64,000 bases of DNA from Botryllus schlosseri (lineage: Eukaryota). Every line of letters begins with the position of its first letter. The first letter of the stretch is position 1. Below the pieces are notes generated by a model, which had not been told where the DNA came from, ran no database searches, and was given only the letters and a program-made list of their open reading frames with translations. The translations under genes were made by a program, and so were the position numbers. Location of the stretch: assembly GCA_051294905.1 (NCBI GenBank), contig CM119371.1, positions 24,058,001 through 24,122,000 on the forward strand. Reading direction: 5' to 3'. Below, in pieces: positions 1 through 13,235 of this stretch.

Positions 1-3000
1 TAAAAATTATTGAAAAAAAAGTGCGAAGCCTGATAAGACCAAATTTCGTCAAGTACGACAATTGCATGTTTCCAGAGCCATTTTTAGTTTTGCAAAAATG
101 TGACAGATATCAAAGATATTATATTAGGATTGACGTGGTGTGACGACAATGGAAGTGGTTTGGTAGCTTTCCTTTCGAGGTGATTCGGAAGATTACTGAA
201 AGAATGTTGCTCAAACCGAAAGAATTGCAAATAAACTGGCCAATTTCGACATGATAGGTTAAGATGACGTTATCTGATGACAATAGATGTATTTATGTAT
301 TTTTTTTCGAAACTTGGAATGTTGATCGCCGACAGCTAAAATATATCGATATATCTATATACGACACGTCCTGATTCGAAATCTTATTTCAATCTCAGGG
401 TGTTCGGCACATAGCATAACCGATTCGAAAACAAAATATTGAGATATTTATTGGTTACATCATGGCGAATGTGGAAGCCTAAGATATATCAAGAAAGTTT
501 TGGAGCATAATTATATAATAATGATGAGGATGTTACAACTGTCTCGAGTTGTCCAATGAAATGGATACATTACTTATTGTGGATCATGTAGTACTTGCCT
601 TTGCTCTGGAGACCTTTATTCAAATTTTGTTCAAGCATGAGCACATAGTTAATATTGTCCAGGGCTACATAAAACGATTTGATCTGTTATAGTGAATATA
701 GATACGACGGACTTTAATGTGAATAGGCTACCCAACCAAACATTGGAGACCTGCGTGAAAATGAATTTTCTAAATGAATTAGATGTATGTATGTATGTTT
801 GAATTTAAATCCGAGAGCTAATCCTGGTTTGATTTTCAATTCAAGAAACATGTCCCGTGGTATCCAAAAATGTCATAGAGTAAGTTAGTAACTGTTTCTA
901 GTGAATGATGCCTTATTATCAATAGTTTCTTGAAAGTACACTTATCTGATTTACGAAACAGATTTGTCGAAAATTGAATGATGATACGACGGGTTCACGC
1001 ATTCGTCACGACGAAGGTGTTAACGCTAAACCGTCAGATCATGCTCGATCTGTATGATCAAAGTATCCGCAAGTTTACTATAATGTTATTGAAAAAAATT
1101 GTGACATCATTGTATGTTTCGAAATATGAGCGCTTCGCAGTGGGAAATTGAAAATTTTATCGCGTATATTATCCTTTATTTAGAAATTATGTGCTCAATA
1201 ACAGTTACAGTACAAATGCTCACGTATGTTGCATGCAACAGCTGCGCCAACCCGGCAAGCTACGTTTTAGTTTATGTTTAACTACATTAGTACTATGTTG
1301 GTCAATCTATCGCCAGAAAAATGCGCAACTATTTTCGTGTTTTCGTGTAAGCGAATCTTTTGCAAAATTCATGGATAGATAATTGTACGTATAATATGTT
1401 ATGTTGTATGTTATCCGCATGAATTATGCACTCAGTTGTGGTGATCAAAACACCACAGAAATGAACTATCAACACAAAGTACCGAAAGACATAGCCATTA
1501 TCAGACTCGAACACCAGAACTGACCAGTGACCGTTAATGGGCATTGGATGAATATCACCTGTTAGGATACAGATGGGTGAAATTAGGAGGTCATCCCTAA
1601 TGGCACTTAATCATATAATGATTAAACCGGCCGCTTGCACCAGTAGCAAAGCATACAGAATGCAGCATCGTGATAAATTGCGCCGGAATCGCTCCACAAA
1701 GCCGATGAACCGACGACAGAACGAATCAGAACAGTATTTGGAAGATATTGCATTGGAAGTCGCGGAACTCGAGACGAAACCCCGTTTACTGTCGAACTTG
1801 CCTATGCGACGTGAAGCGAAAGTGCTTGATAAATCCAGGAAACGACATAACGCGAACGAGGAATCGATGCCTCAACTGCAATTGCGAGTAATCAAAAATA
1901 TCTCGAAGGCCGAAAGACTCTGATCTGTGAGGTGACAATATTTAAATTGGTCAGAATGAACGCTGAGTGTTTTGAGAACAATAAGTCATCAATAGAGTTA
2001 CGTGATCTTGATTTGAAGGCAGAAATGTGGATGTGACAATTGACTTTCGGGTTATGAATATATTTGTAAATGCATGCCTCTATTGCTAGTTATGTGAGCA
2101 CGTATTGTTATTAATTGCTGCAGTTTTGTATTGCTACGCCAAAATTGGCTCGGATAAGGACTAATGTCGTCATGTTTTAAAATACTTTAATTGGCATTCA
2201 ACTCATCGGCACCTGGCATGCCCTCAGGCTAATTAGTAGATGCGTCGGAAATGAAATAAAACGTTGGACTAAAACTAAAGTGATATGTACAGGGTAGAGT
2301 TATGGGATAGTAACCGTTTGAAATAATTGGGGGAGGTAGAATAAAACAGATGACCCAAATTAGCTCCCTAAATAACAAAAGAATAAAACACTGCTGCCAT
2401 GTAACCTTAAATGTTTTTAGAACCTTTTTAGTCATATTTTTAAGCATAATAAATTGTCATGTGTTAATGTTATTACAGTATTGATTGTTTAATTATTATG
2501 ACTGATATTCTACACATACGCGTCATAATTGGCTATGCATATATTAAGCCAAGACCCTCTACCCTAGCTGGAATGAGTTTCAATTTCGTGCTGAATAAGG
2601 ACCTATGTTGCCTTTGGATCACAGCTTATACGAATATATAAAAAAGCTTAAGACACCAATACAAAGTAATAAATCAAAGGAATGTCAGTCCTTTTGTGGT
2701 CATCTATCGGCATATTGTTGGTATATTTTATATGGATGTATATTGGGCAGGAAAGCCCTCAGCATTTATGTGTTGAAACATACCTTGGAGTGTTAATCAA
2801 GTTGTAAATTGTGCATGCTGGATGGGAATGTATAAATTCGTGTTATAATTTGAAGTGTGCTACATGCGTATCATTTATAATCGAGTTTATCAGTAATTAG
2901 ACCCGATTTAGCAGTGCAATTACTATTGGAGTATTTGGTTATATTAAGGTATCGCATCTCTTGCCAAGGCAGGTGTCTTCTAACTGTTCATTTCAGATAT

Positions 3001-3101
3001 AGCTAATAGTGTTGGACTCACCGCTGTGGTGAACGCTGATAGAACTAGATTAGACAGGACGTGATTTTTTCATAGGAATAAATTTTATTTGACTGTGAGA
3101 C

Positions 3102-4765
3102 CATAGTGTCCTATATGGTGTCGACACAAGCAAATCTCACGGTTCAATGAAATTGTATCACGTCACAATTTCCATTTGGCTACAGGCAATTTGACGGTTA
3201 TCTTTGACCGGCTTGCCGAGCAATAAATTTGATGAATCAGGTATCAATCGAAAGCTGACTCTGCACTGATTACAAAAATATAAATTTTATTCCACTCATG
3301 GCCCTGGAACCCCCACAATCAGCCCCAAATTATTCATTGTTGAGTAGATTGGCAGTGTGACGCAACAATGCTGTCTGGCGAAACGAGAGAGAAACTCAAG
3401 AGCAAGGATGCGGCCGAGCGGCGAGACTGGGATCAGCTGACGTCGCGGCAATAGCTATGTGCAATCGCGTCGCAGAGAAACGCTGCGCTGTTGATACTTT
3501 TTCTATTTGCTTCGGTACAAGCGAGCACGCCTTATCAGCCTTTCCTTGACTTTTAAGAGTAAAACTGGGTCCACAGAATGTATTAGGGCCCTACCAATTT
3601 TTGCGCATTATCCTTCAACTGATAGAGATATTTAGGCTACGTCTAAATTGTCTACATTGGATATGTCACATTATTATGATATCGATTGCCTTAGCCCGCT
3701 AGTTGCGTAGGGCTCCAGAGACGCGTGGCGCTGTTGATACTTTCTATAGGCGCTTGACTAAAAGCAAGCACACATTACCAGCCTTTCCTTGATTTGTAAG
3801 GGTAGAACTGGGTCCACAGAATGTATTTGGTCCCTACCAATTTTCGCGCAATATCCTTCAGCTGATAGAGATATGTAGGCTACGTCTAAGTAGTCTACAT
3901 TGGATATGTCAGATTATTATGATATCGATTACCTTAGCCCGCTTGTTGCGTAGGGCTCCAGAGATGCGTGGCGCTGTTGATACTTTCTATAGGCGCTTCG
4001 CTAAAAGCGAGCACACATTACCAGCCTTTCCTTGATTTGTAAAGGTAGAACTGGGTCCACAGAATGTATTTGGTCCCTACCAATTTTCACGCAATATCCT
4101 TCAGCTGATAGAGATATGTAGGCAACGTCTAAGTAGTCTACATTGGATATGTCATATTATTATGATATCGATTACCTTAGCCCGCTTGTTGCGTAGGGCT
4201 CCAGAGATGCGTGGCGCTGTTGATACTTTCTATAGGCGCTTCGCTAAAAGCGAGCACACATTACCAGCCTTTCCTTGATTTGTAAAGGTAGAACTGGGTC
4301 CACAGAATGTATTTGGGACTTACGAATTTTCCTGCAATATTCATCAACTTTTAGAGATCCTTACGTCTAAGTATAGCTAGGTTAGTTATCTATAATTGCA
4401 CAATGCACATAGCTATTGCCGCGACGTCAGCTGATCCCACTCTCGCCGCTCGGCCGCATCCTTGCTATTGAGTTTCTCTCTCGTTTCGCCAGACAGCATT
4501 GTTGCGTCACACTGCCAATCTACTCAACAATGAATAATTTGGGGCTGATTGTGGGGGTTCCAGGGCCAAGAGTGGAATAAAATTTATATTTTCGTAATCA
4601 GTGCAGAGTTAGCTTTCGATTGATACCCGATTCATCAAATTTATTGCTCGGCAAGCCGGTCAAAAATAACCGTCAAATTGCCTGTAGCCAAATGGAAATT
4701 GTGATGTGATACAATTTCATTGAACCGTGAGATTTGCTTGTGTCGACACCATATAGGACACTATG
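3102..4765. mobile_element. Non-autonomous foldback DNA transposon, P-superfamily-like (CATAG...CTATG termini, 7-bp TSD)
   Basis: Near-perfect inverted repeats of ~362 bp at 3102-3463 and 4404-4765. GTGAGAC is duplicated at 3095-3101 and 4766-4772. CANRG termini with a 7-8 bp TSD fit the P superfamily. No transposase ORF. Confidence 0.85.
3485..4370. repeat. Internal tandem array, 243-bp unit, ~3.6 copies
   Basis: GCGCTGTTGATACTTT recurs at 3485, 3728, 3971 and 4214; copies 2-4 are nearly identical. Confidence 0.95.
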
Positions 4766-4786
4766 GTGAGACGTACCGACTTAAAC

Positions 4787-5531
4787 TTAACGAGAAACGG
4801 TTCGCTGAACACAGCTTCGCGTCGTTGGCTGTGTTCTCCGGCTTAATTACCGGTACTCACGTACGTGAGCTAAACTGCAGCACCTTACAACGTAAGGAAA
4901 CAACAGTAATACTTACCTGGAGAGTCTTGGCTATCCATCTTCACACCGATTCGGCCTTGCAGCAGTGCACATAGCGAAGGAGACATTCGCCTTCGGTTCC
5001 TGAAATAAAATTAGCACAGAATAATAAATACGCTTCACGCGAAACTTCTGAACACAGCCTCGCGTTACAGACTGTGGTATTCGGCTCAATTACCGGTACT
5101 CAAGCAAGTGAGCAAACTGCAGCACCTTACAACGTAAGGAAATAACAGTAATACTTATCTGGGAAGCCTTGGCTTTCCGTCTTCACTCGGTTTCGTCCTT
5201 GCAACGGGGCACGTAGCGAGGGAGACATTCGCCTTCGGATCCTGACATAAAATCAACACAGATTAATAAATACGCGTCACGCGAAACATCTGAACACAGC
5301 TTCGCGTTACAGGCTGTGTTCTCTAGCCTAACTACCGGTACTCACGCAAGTGAGCAAACTGCAGCACCTTACAACGTAAGGAAACAACAGTAACACTTAC
5401 TGAGAAGCTTTGGCTCTCTGTATTCAATCGGTCTCGATCCTGCAGCCGTGCATGGGGCGAAGGAGACAATCGCCTTCAGATCCTGAAATAAAATCAATAC
5501 AGATTAACAAACACGCTTCACGAGAAACATC
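4787..5531 (+). repeat. Three ~243-bp tandem monomers forming the presumed LINE 5' UTR/promoter
   Basis: CTGAACACAGC recurs at 4805, 5048 and 5290; the array ends ~65 bp before the ORF1 ATG. Confidence 0.85.
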
Positions 5532-5596
5532 TCCACATAGCGGGGTTGTACCGAACGATTCAAACTGAAAACAAAGGTAGAAAAGATTGAAATAAA

Positions 5597-6738
5597 ATGG
5601 AATTTTACGGAGTTCATGGCCGCAGGCCAAACTCAGTGAATTTTAAAGGAGATCAAAACATAACACTGATGGAGGTGTTAAAAGTATTTGAAAAGAAACC
5701 GGCACTGGTGCCGTACCGTGATAAAATGGAAGCAGCGTTCCAGATAGCGCAAGACACTTTCAATGTCACATTGATAAACGAAAAAGCAAGAAATGACCTA
5801 CTAAATGAGGAAAACGACATTGATTATCAGGGCAAGAGGTATCTAATATCACTGCCGGGTGCATTGCCAACTGTAATAAACATTCGTGCCGTGCCGTCAT
5901 AGGCAAGCAACTAATCTGTAGCAAGAGCTATAGAGGGATGGAAAGCAGGGCGTGTTGTGGGTGTGCGCAAGCAATTTCACAGAGGACTTAACCTCCACAA
6001 TGGCTACCGTACGGTAGCCGTGGCGGATTATGAAAAAGGAAAACTACCACCCTTCATAAGAATTGAAGGGGCATCTTGTAAGGTGTTCACGCACCTACTA
6101 TCGAGAGACCAGCAGTAACAGAAAGAAACTGCTTCAAATGTAACAAGCCAGGCCATTTGGCGGCGAAATGCAGAACACCCTACTGCAGCCACTGCAACAA
6201 ATGCGGGCACAACAGGCAAGAGTGTCAAGCCTTGCAAAGTGATTTCCCAGCTCTTACGAGTGGGAGAGATGTAAATGAAACAGAAAATAATAAAAACAAA
6301 GAACTGGTTGAACTTACTAGCGAAGAGCCACAAAGCGAAGTGCAGAACAGTGAAATCATTAATAACGAATCGGTACCGGTACCGGTACAAAGTGAGGAGC
6401 AGAGCAATAAGAACGAATCGGTACTAGTTGAAGACTTGAACATCTCCACCTCCGAATCAGAACCGGAGAAGGAGGTGAAAGGAAAACAAACAGAAAGTGA
6501 TGATCATACAATCACCGATGGTGAGGAATCAGAAATTGAGGAACAATCAGAAACAGAAACCAAAGAACAGAACTCGGAGATAACTGCTCCACTCAATCAG
6601 AGTGAGGCTGAATTCCAACTAGTAAAAGCTAATAAAAAGAGAAGACGATCAGCGAATGATCGCAGAAAAGGCAATAAAAAGAAAAGAAACGTCATTGATC
6701 ATGAAGCAAACAGAAACCGTTTTAGCCCATTGCAATGA
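5597..6738 (+). pseudogene. LINE ORF1 (gag-like, two CCHC zinc knuckles, acidic region, basic tail), disrupted
   Basis: CFKCNKPGHLAAKC and CSHCNKCGHNRQEC knuckles. In-frame stops at ~5900 and ~5912 and a frameshift near 6090-6120 (ORFs 5597 and 6157 are in different frames). Confidence 0.85.
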
Positions 6739-9700
6739 CTATCAAGATCACTTCCCTCAACATCAATGGTTTCAACAAAAACTGGAACGGTATAGAAAAG
6801 ATGATTCGGAAATATAAAAGCGACGTGTACTGTCTACAAGAAGTGCATAGAGTTAACAAAACAAAATTGAATGAGTGGTGCAAGGACAATGAATATGTGA
6901 ACTTTCCAAACTGCCTAGATCTGAACGATACCTGGACAGACGACCAAGGCCAAAAAAGATGTTATTGGCAAGGTACTTTGATAATAATAAAATCGAATCT
7001 GTAGAACTTATACGACATACAGGAAGAAACAATAATTGAGCACAGAGCCCAGAGAATTAAATTGACTAAACAGAACGAGCAAACAGAAATTTGGAATTTA
7101 TATGCCCCTGCAACAGTATCTAAACAGCAAACCGATTACTATAAAAACCTCACTTACGCAATGAAAAATGCAGGGGACAGAACAATCATCACAGGAGATT
7201 TTAATATCATTCTAGACAAGAATGATGCAAAGATCAACAGAAATTACAAAAACACACCTGCCGCGGATGTATGGAAATCTTTCATTGACACCAACAGCTA
7301 TCAGGATATATATAGGTGGAGAAACCCACATAAAAAACTGTTTACGAAGAAAACAGGGCAACAGGAAAGACGCATAGACAATGCCTTTGCATCAAAGGTT
7401 TTGGCAAAGGACGTAAATAAGTGTATTTACAAAATAAACCCTATTTCGGACCACATATACCTTTTAGAAATATGCATTACAAACTACAACAGTGATAAAT
7501 ATGGAAGAGGCGTATGGAAATGTAACACGGATTTATTAGAAAATAAAATGATGAAAGAAAACGTAAAAATGATAATAGAAGACATGAAACAGAATAAACA
7601 TGAGTACACCCACATCACTACGTGGTGGGATGCCCTCAAAAGAAAAATAAAAAGAGCCATACAAGCATTCGAAAAAACGTATGGCATAAAAGAGAAAGTC
7701 AGAATAAAGAAAATAACAGAAGAGATTGAGACGCTACAAAATACTAACGATAGCGTCAAAAATACTCTTTTGCAAAACGAGCTAAAAAGCATCGAGAGGA
7801 AAAGGTTGGACTTTACCTCCCAAAAAGCAAAAATCAGAGACAAAGAGGAAGGAGAAAAACCTACCAAATATTTTTTTGATATGTTAAAAAGGAGGAAAGC
7901 CATCCAAACAATGAACGTATTAAAAAATAGTCATGGAGAGGATATCATGGACTCTGAACAGATAATTGATCAAATCGAAAATTACTATCAAAACCTATGG
8001 AAGGCCCACCCTAACATAGATGAAGGTAAACAGAAAAGATATCTGGATCAGATAGATGGCACTGAGCTGTCAGAAAAGGACCATAATCTTCTTGAGATAC
8101 CGATTTCTACTGACGAAATCAAGATCATATTACAAGCAATGAGTAACGACAAAACTCCCGGTGATGATGGCTTACCGAAAGAGTTTTATGTCACTTACTG
8201 GTCCCAAATTAAAGATCAGTTGGAAGAACTATTCAATAACGCGCTATTTCTAGGATACGCATGCAAATCTTGGAATTCAGGTGTAGTCAAATTAATTTAC
8301 AAAAAAGGAGATGCTAAATTACTCAAGAATCGGAGACCTATAACGTTACTTAATATAGACTATAAAATTCTCACCGCGATCATTTCGAATAGGCTAAAAG
8401 CAGTTACTGGGAAATCAATAATAAACACGCAAAAATGCGGAATAGCAAATCGACAGATATCGGACAACCTAAGAAATATAAAAGCGGCGTGGGACCATGC
8501 TTACACGAAGAACATTGATCTAATCATAGTATCGATAGATCAAGAAAAAGCCTTTGACAGAGTTCATCATGGCTATTTAAACAAGATAATTGACAGTTAT
8601 GCAGTACCGTACAGCATCTGAAGATTAATAAAGAAAGTGTACGATAACTCATATAGTCAAATACTAGTAAATGGGACACTATCAAATAAAATAAACATAG
8701 GCAGGGGACTCCGCCAAGGCTGTCCACTCAGCATGTGTTTGTATGCGATGACTGCTGACCCATTGGCTAGGATAATAATGGAAAATAAGGAAATGAACGG
8801 AATCAAAATAGGAAAGCATGAATTGAGACTGCAGCAATACGCTGACGATCTCACTGCGATAGTTAGAGATCAACACTCAGTGAAGCAACTATTCGACGAG
8901 ATACAACTCTTTGCAGAGGCCACAGGACAAATTGTAAATAGAGATAAAACTGAAATTATATGTACTAAACCAAACACGACAAACCTCGGAGAATTTAGGA
9001 AATATTTGAAACCCACTACGGAGATACTCGGACAAGCATTTGGCGTCAATTATCTTGATAAAACTTGGAAGAAACGAAGTGATCAGATAAGGAAAACTCT
9101 AATGGCATATAAAGACAGAAAACTCACCTGGTATGGGAAATCGACCATACTAAGTAGCATGGCTTCAACGAAGATTGTGTATAACGCCAGAATAGTTGAG
9201 GTTCCTGTAAGAATAAGAAATAAGGTGGAGGCTCAGTTCTTTAACTTTATTTGGAACCCGGAGAAAATCGAAACGATTAAAAGGTCCCATATGACCTCCA
9301 GCGATCTCATGGGAGACCTAAAAATCACATGCATCAAAAGTAAAATTGATGCATGCAAATTAGAAAAATATAAAATACTAAAGATTATCAATGAACCAGA
9401 AGAGTTTTGGCATTGGGAAGCAATCTATGTGCTCGGCACAAAAATAAACAGAATTAACAAAAAGTTATATACCAACTCATTCCCACACAGGGACGAGCTC
9501 GCAAAAGATTGGGATTTCATAATAAAGAGAGCAGAGAGTCTGAAATGGACGGAGGAGAATTGGACAGAGGCGTCCCACAAAGACATTTATATGGGGATAA
9601 AAGATCAGAAAGAACCCCTAAGCAAAAAAAATTCTTTAAACTCCGGACAACCGGTGAACTGGAAGGAAATCACGACATTGAACGGTCGCAGTAATAAACT

Positions 9701-10193
9701 AAGGAACGAAGAAAGAATCGTTAATTTAAGAACGGCGCCCGGAGGATATTTCCTCGGAGACGATAAAAGAAGATTAAACATTATGAACATTGGCTCGCAA
9801 AAACAAATAAGCATGTACTGCAAGCTTTGTGATTCGAAGAAAGACAATCTTGAACATCTGTTCATGGATTGCAGTTTCACCAGATGGATTTTCAGTAACT
9901 TCAAAGGAGTACTGAAACAGAAAAGTCTCAACAGAGATCAGATCTTCTTCAATCATGGCTTAAAATACGCAACAGACTGGACCATAATTAGTATAATCAA
10001 AAGAAAGATAATCATGCAAAAATTCACTCAGGAAAAAATGAACGAAAAATTGGAGGATCAGAAATTAGCAATCAAGTCGACGACGAAGAAAATTATAAAG
10101 AAACTGATAAAAAGAATTACGTTTTTCAAAGACGGAACAGAACATCAACTTTTTCGCAACGAACTGCTATTTATAGAAGCAGAAAATACGTGA
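6735..10193 (+). pseudogene. LINE ORF2 (APE endonuclease + reverse transcriptase + C-terminal zinc motif), ~1152 codons with two nonsense stops
   Basis: APE motifs SLNING, CLQE, NLYAP, TGDFN, RRID, SDH. RT motifs TPGDDG, RPITLLNIDYK, DQEKAFD, GLRQGCPLS, YADD. C-terminal CKLC..H..C. Three ORFs in one frame separated by TAG 7002-7004 and TGA 8619-8621. Confidence 0.95.
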
Positions 10194-10514
10194 AAGAAAA
10201 AACAGGTACAAACCTGATAAAGAAGATGAAAGAAAATCCAGGAGAAACGACGATCCGATCGTTGGCGACGGAGAAGCGAAGTATGACGAACCGATCGACG
10301 ATGAAGTAGGAGAACGATGTCGACGGAGAAGGACGGTGAAGACGAAACGATGACGATGAAATGGATACTGGAACATAAAGAATTGCATTTGTGTGGGTAT
10401 GACTGTGAGTGTGTATGAAAATTACTGTGTCTGAGTTGAATGAGTGCTGAATTGTGTGAATGATGCATAGATATATATTTCACGTTTGCGTTCATGTATT
10501 GCTATTCTTTGTGT

Positions 10515-10553
10515 AATAAAATAGGGATGACCGCGGTCACCGAAAAAAAAAAA
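10515..10553 (+). terminator. Polyadenylation signal and poly(A) tail of the LINE
   Basis: AATAAA at 10515-10520, palindrome TGACCGCGGTCA, then A11. Confidence 0.75.
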
Positions 10554-13119
10554 TATCACGTACGGAATACACATAATGAGTATTTAGGTAAATACTGGAC
10601 CATATAAGGTCGCTGTTGACGCTGTCAGGCGTAAAGTTGGACATCTGGTACATTCTATAGAAGAAGCAAACGAACCGAGAGTGGGATCCTTGCCTGAAGT
10701 TCACCAAAAGACTGTTGTAAACTGCACTATCCATCATTGATTGATGTTCAGTACAACTGTGAAAATTACTTCTTGAACCCAAGGCATCTTTCTCTCATCT
10801 CTCCCATATTGGTGGCCAGTACGGACTTCTGAAGTACCGGGTTTTCAACGTACATGCCCTGTGAAACGTCACAGTCGGGACTGATCTTGATTTTCTTCAA
10901 GGGGGTAGTATTAGTTATCATCCCAGCTACTTGGACGGTATCACAAACGCTATTGTCGTCGATAGAAATAGCGTTCCAGTGTCCTATGCCTTCATCATAT
11001 GAAAGAGAAAGCACTCCAAATGATGAAGCCAAATCCAATCAATACATTGGCTCATCAGTTCTCCTCGTCATGTGACTCTCAGCAAGCAAATGTTCTGTGC
11101 GAGAAACCTACATGCGAATTTTATTACGACAACAAACCAATGACGAGTGGCAAAAGCAGTCCCAACTAACTGGACGTTATCTCGCGGTCGTCGATATTTC
11201 AGAACAATGCCAATCCGGAGTTTGGACTGAACACGAACTTGGCGACCATTGGCAATTGGAAGGAATCAATATGAAGTATTCATTGACCCGGAAGGACCGG
11301 GCCGCTATTTGCGATATCAATATTCGCCAGGGATGGTCAGTGATGGATTATTCCCACCTTTAGGACCAGGCTTATATTCCAATATTCAAGTGGTTACATT
11401 GTAAATATCTGTTTTCAAGGTCGTATAAAAGTAATACGATTAAGTTGTAGTGTTAATCGAGGTGCAGCAGAAAAATCACGCGATTGTTAAAATATGATAA
11501 CATTGGGTAGAACTATCGTGTACAAGTAGAAAATAGATTGAAAAATAGTAGTTGCGTGCGAACTTTCTGTTAAAATTAATTTTATATGCAGATATAATCT
11601 CTGGAATTATTTTTCGAATAAATGTCACATCAATGAAAGAGAGTAGCCTACGTATTAGTGCGATAGGTAACTCAATATCAAGAAATATTGTAGGTGATGT
11701 CGTGACCAATAAGCGAATGCACGGAACTGATACGATAATCAAATTTAATCTCTTGAAGTGCTTTTGCAGTATGTCATAGGTTATATTATAGTGCACAACT
11801 CGAGCGATAGTTAGATTTGGAAATTATGTTTGGCACGTTGAGAGATAAATAAAATAAGTGTTTTGAGATTATTTGCGGAAGTGACGAAGGTAGTTTGACG
11901 GATTTCACAACATAAAAAATATTCGATATCTGTTACATAAGAGATTAGAAATACGTTTACACCAAGGAATTGTTATCCAGATTATCCGTATATAATCCAT
12001 GTTATCAATGTAATGTTGGTTATAGGCGCGTTATTTTTTAGTCCTCGCCTTTGCGGGTGAAATCGTTATGGTGATTTAGGTGTAGCATCCTTATCACGGT
12101 GTCACATTAAAAGAATTACAAAAATGCACCTATTATTGGCGTAACTGCTCATATTATGACAATAGTACACGATGTGGGCTGTTCAATTTAAAATCTGCCA
12201 ACAACGATCTACTTGTTAAATTAGGTACAGCCATCCTATGTCACCCTACAACTTATTTTGATGACATTTTCTCCAGAATTCAGTTTTGCATCTTGGGGTG
12301 GGAAGTCGCTACGATGATGTGCTGAATCGTCTCAAATCACTTCTTATAAATAACTATGAAATAAACATGAAGCAATCATCGCGGTTTACAGAAAGTCGGT
12401 TACACTTACAAGCACATAGACCGAACCTCATTCTATAGCATATAGACACAATTGCTCATTTTAATGGAAGCGGGGGGAGAATTGATAACCTCAGCCCTCA
12501 GGTGAGCCAAGCAAAAATCGATCACAATATTCTACAGTCAAAAAGTCACAGCAAGCAAAGGTTAAAATAAATGTATTTCAGTATTTATTACAGCGTCATT
12601 ATGACACCTATGTGAAGCGTGAAACGGTTAGCGAAGGCTAAATGTGAAAAATCGACTAAGCCAACCGGTTGGTAAGTACTGCGTATATATATATGCACGA
12701 ATGGGTGTGCCAAAATAATAACCCGGAAAAGTGGAATGTGGTCGCACGAAGTGTGTTAAAGTCTGTCAAGAATGCGACAGCACCATTTTCCAGCGCAGTA
12801 ACCGATAATGCTGTGTTGCTTAGTTTTAGCACAGTGGTCGGGGAGTTCTGGTAACATTAGGACGCAACAAATTCCAGAAAAAAGGCCGTCAAAGAGAATT
12901 CATTAACGAGCACATGTCAAGTTATGGGATCCGATGTCGTTTCGCATCCTAGTCATGGGCAACAGTTATGGCGAAAGGTATGTTGATATATTTCCCATAC
13001 CTCCTCATAAGACGTGGAGATAGAGCGTGGGCGCTCGCCAAATCTAGGGATTTGCGGTATAAGGGCACTTCCCGCCTTCTCCTTACCAATACAAACACTC
13101 ACATTTAAAGGCGTACTAA

Positions 13120-13235
13120 ACGATTATGTAATATTGGCTGACGATCGACAGCGATGGCGACGTTCTTTGCAAGCTGGATGGGCCCAAATCAGAAAAGTTT
13201 TGGAACGCGATAAAAACATTCGGGATAAAACATAG
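13120..13235 (+). mobile_element. Possible 3'-terminal fragment of an RTE-like LINE ORF
   Basis: Translation ...LADDRQRWRRSLQAG resembles the LAxDRxxWR C-terminal motif of RTE-clade proteins; very short match. Confidence 0.35.

Larger units (their letters stand above)
4773..10553 (+). mobile_element. L1/Tx1-type non-LTR retrotransposon, near full length, disabled
   Basis: 5' tandem monomers, ORF1 with CCHC knuckles, ORF2 (APE endonuclease, RT, C-terminal Cys/His motif) overlapping ORF1 at ATGA 6735-6738, AATAAA at 10515 and A11 tail at 10543-10553. Exact 5' end and TSD not identified. Confidence 0.92.

Noticed and set aside
1573..1923. 116-aa ORF as a host gene exon
   Set aside because: No recognisable domain and no supportable exon chain; may be a decayed coding remnant.
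4909..4920. U1 snRNA gene (ATACTTACCTGG)
   Set aside because: Only the first 12 nt match; no U1 stem-loops or Sm site follow, and the motif is degenerate in the other two monomers.
10560..11363. Coding-looking segment after the LINE tail
   Set aside because: Several short ORFs on both strands with no identifiable motif.
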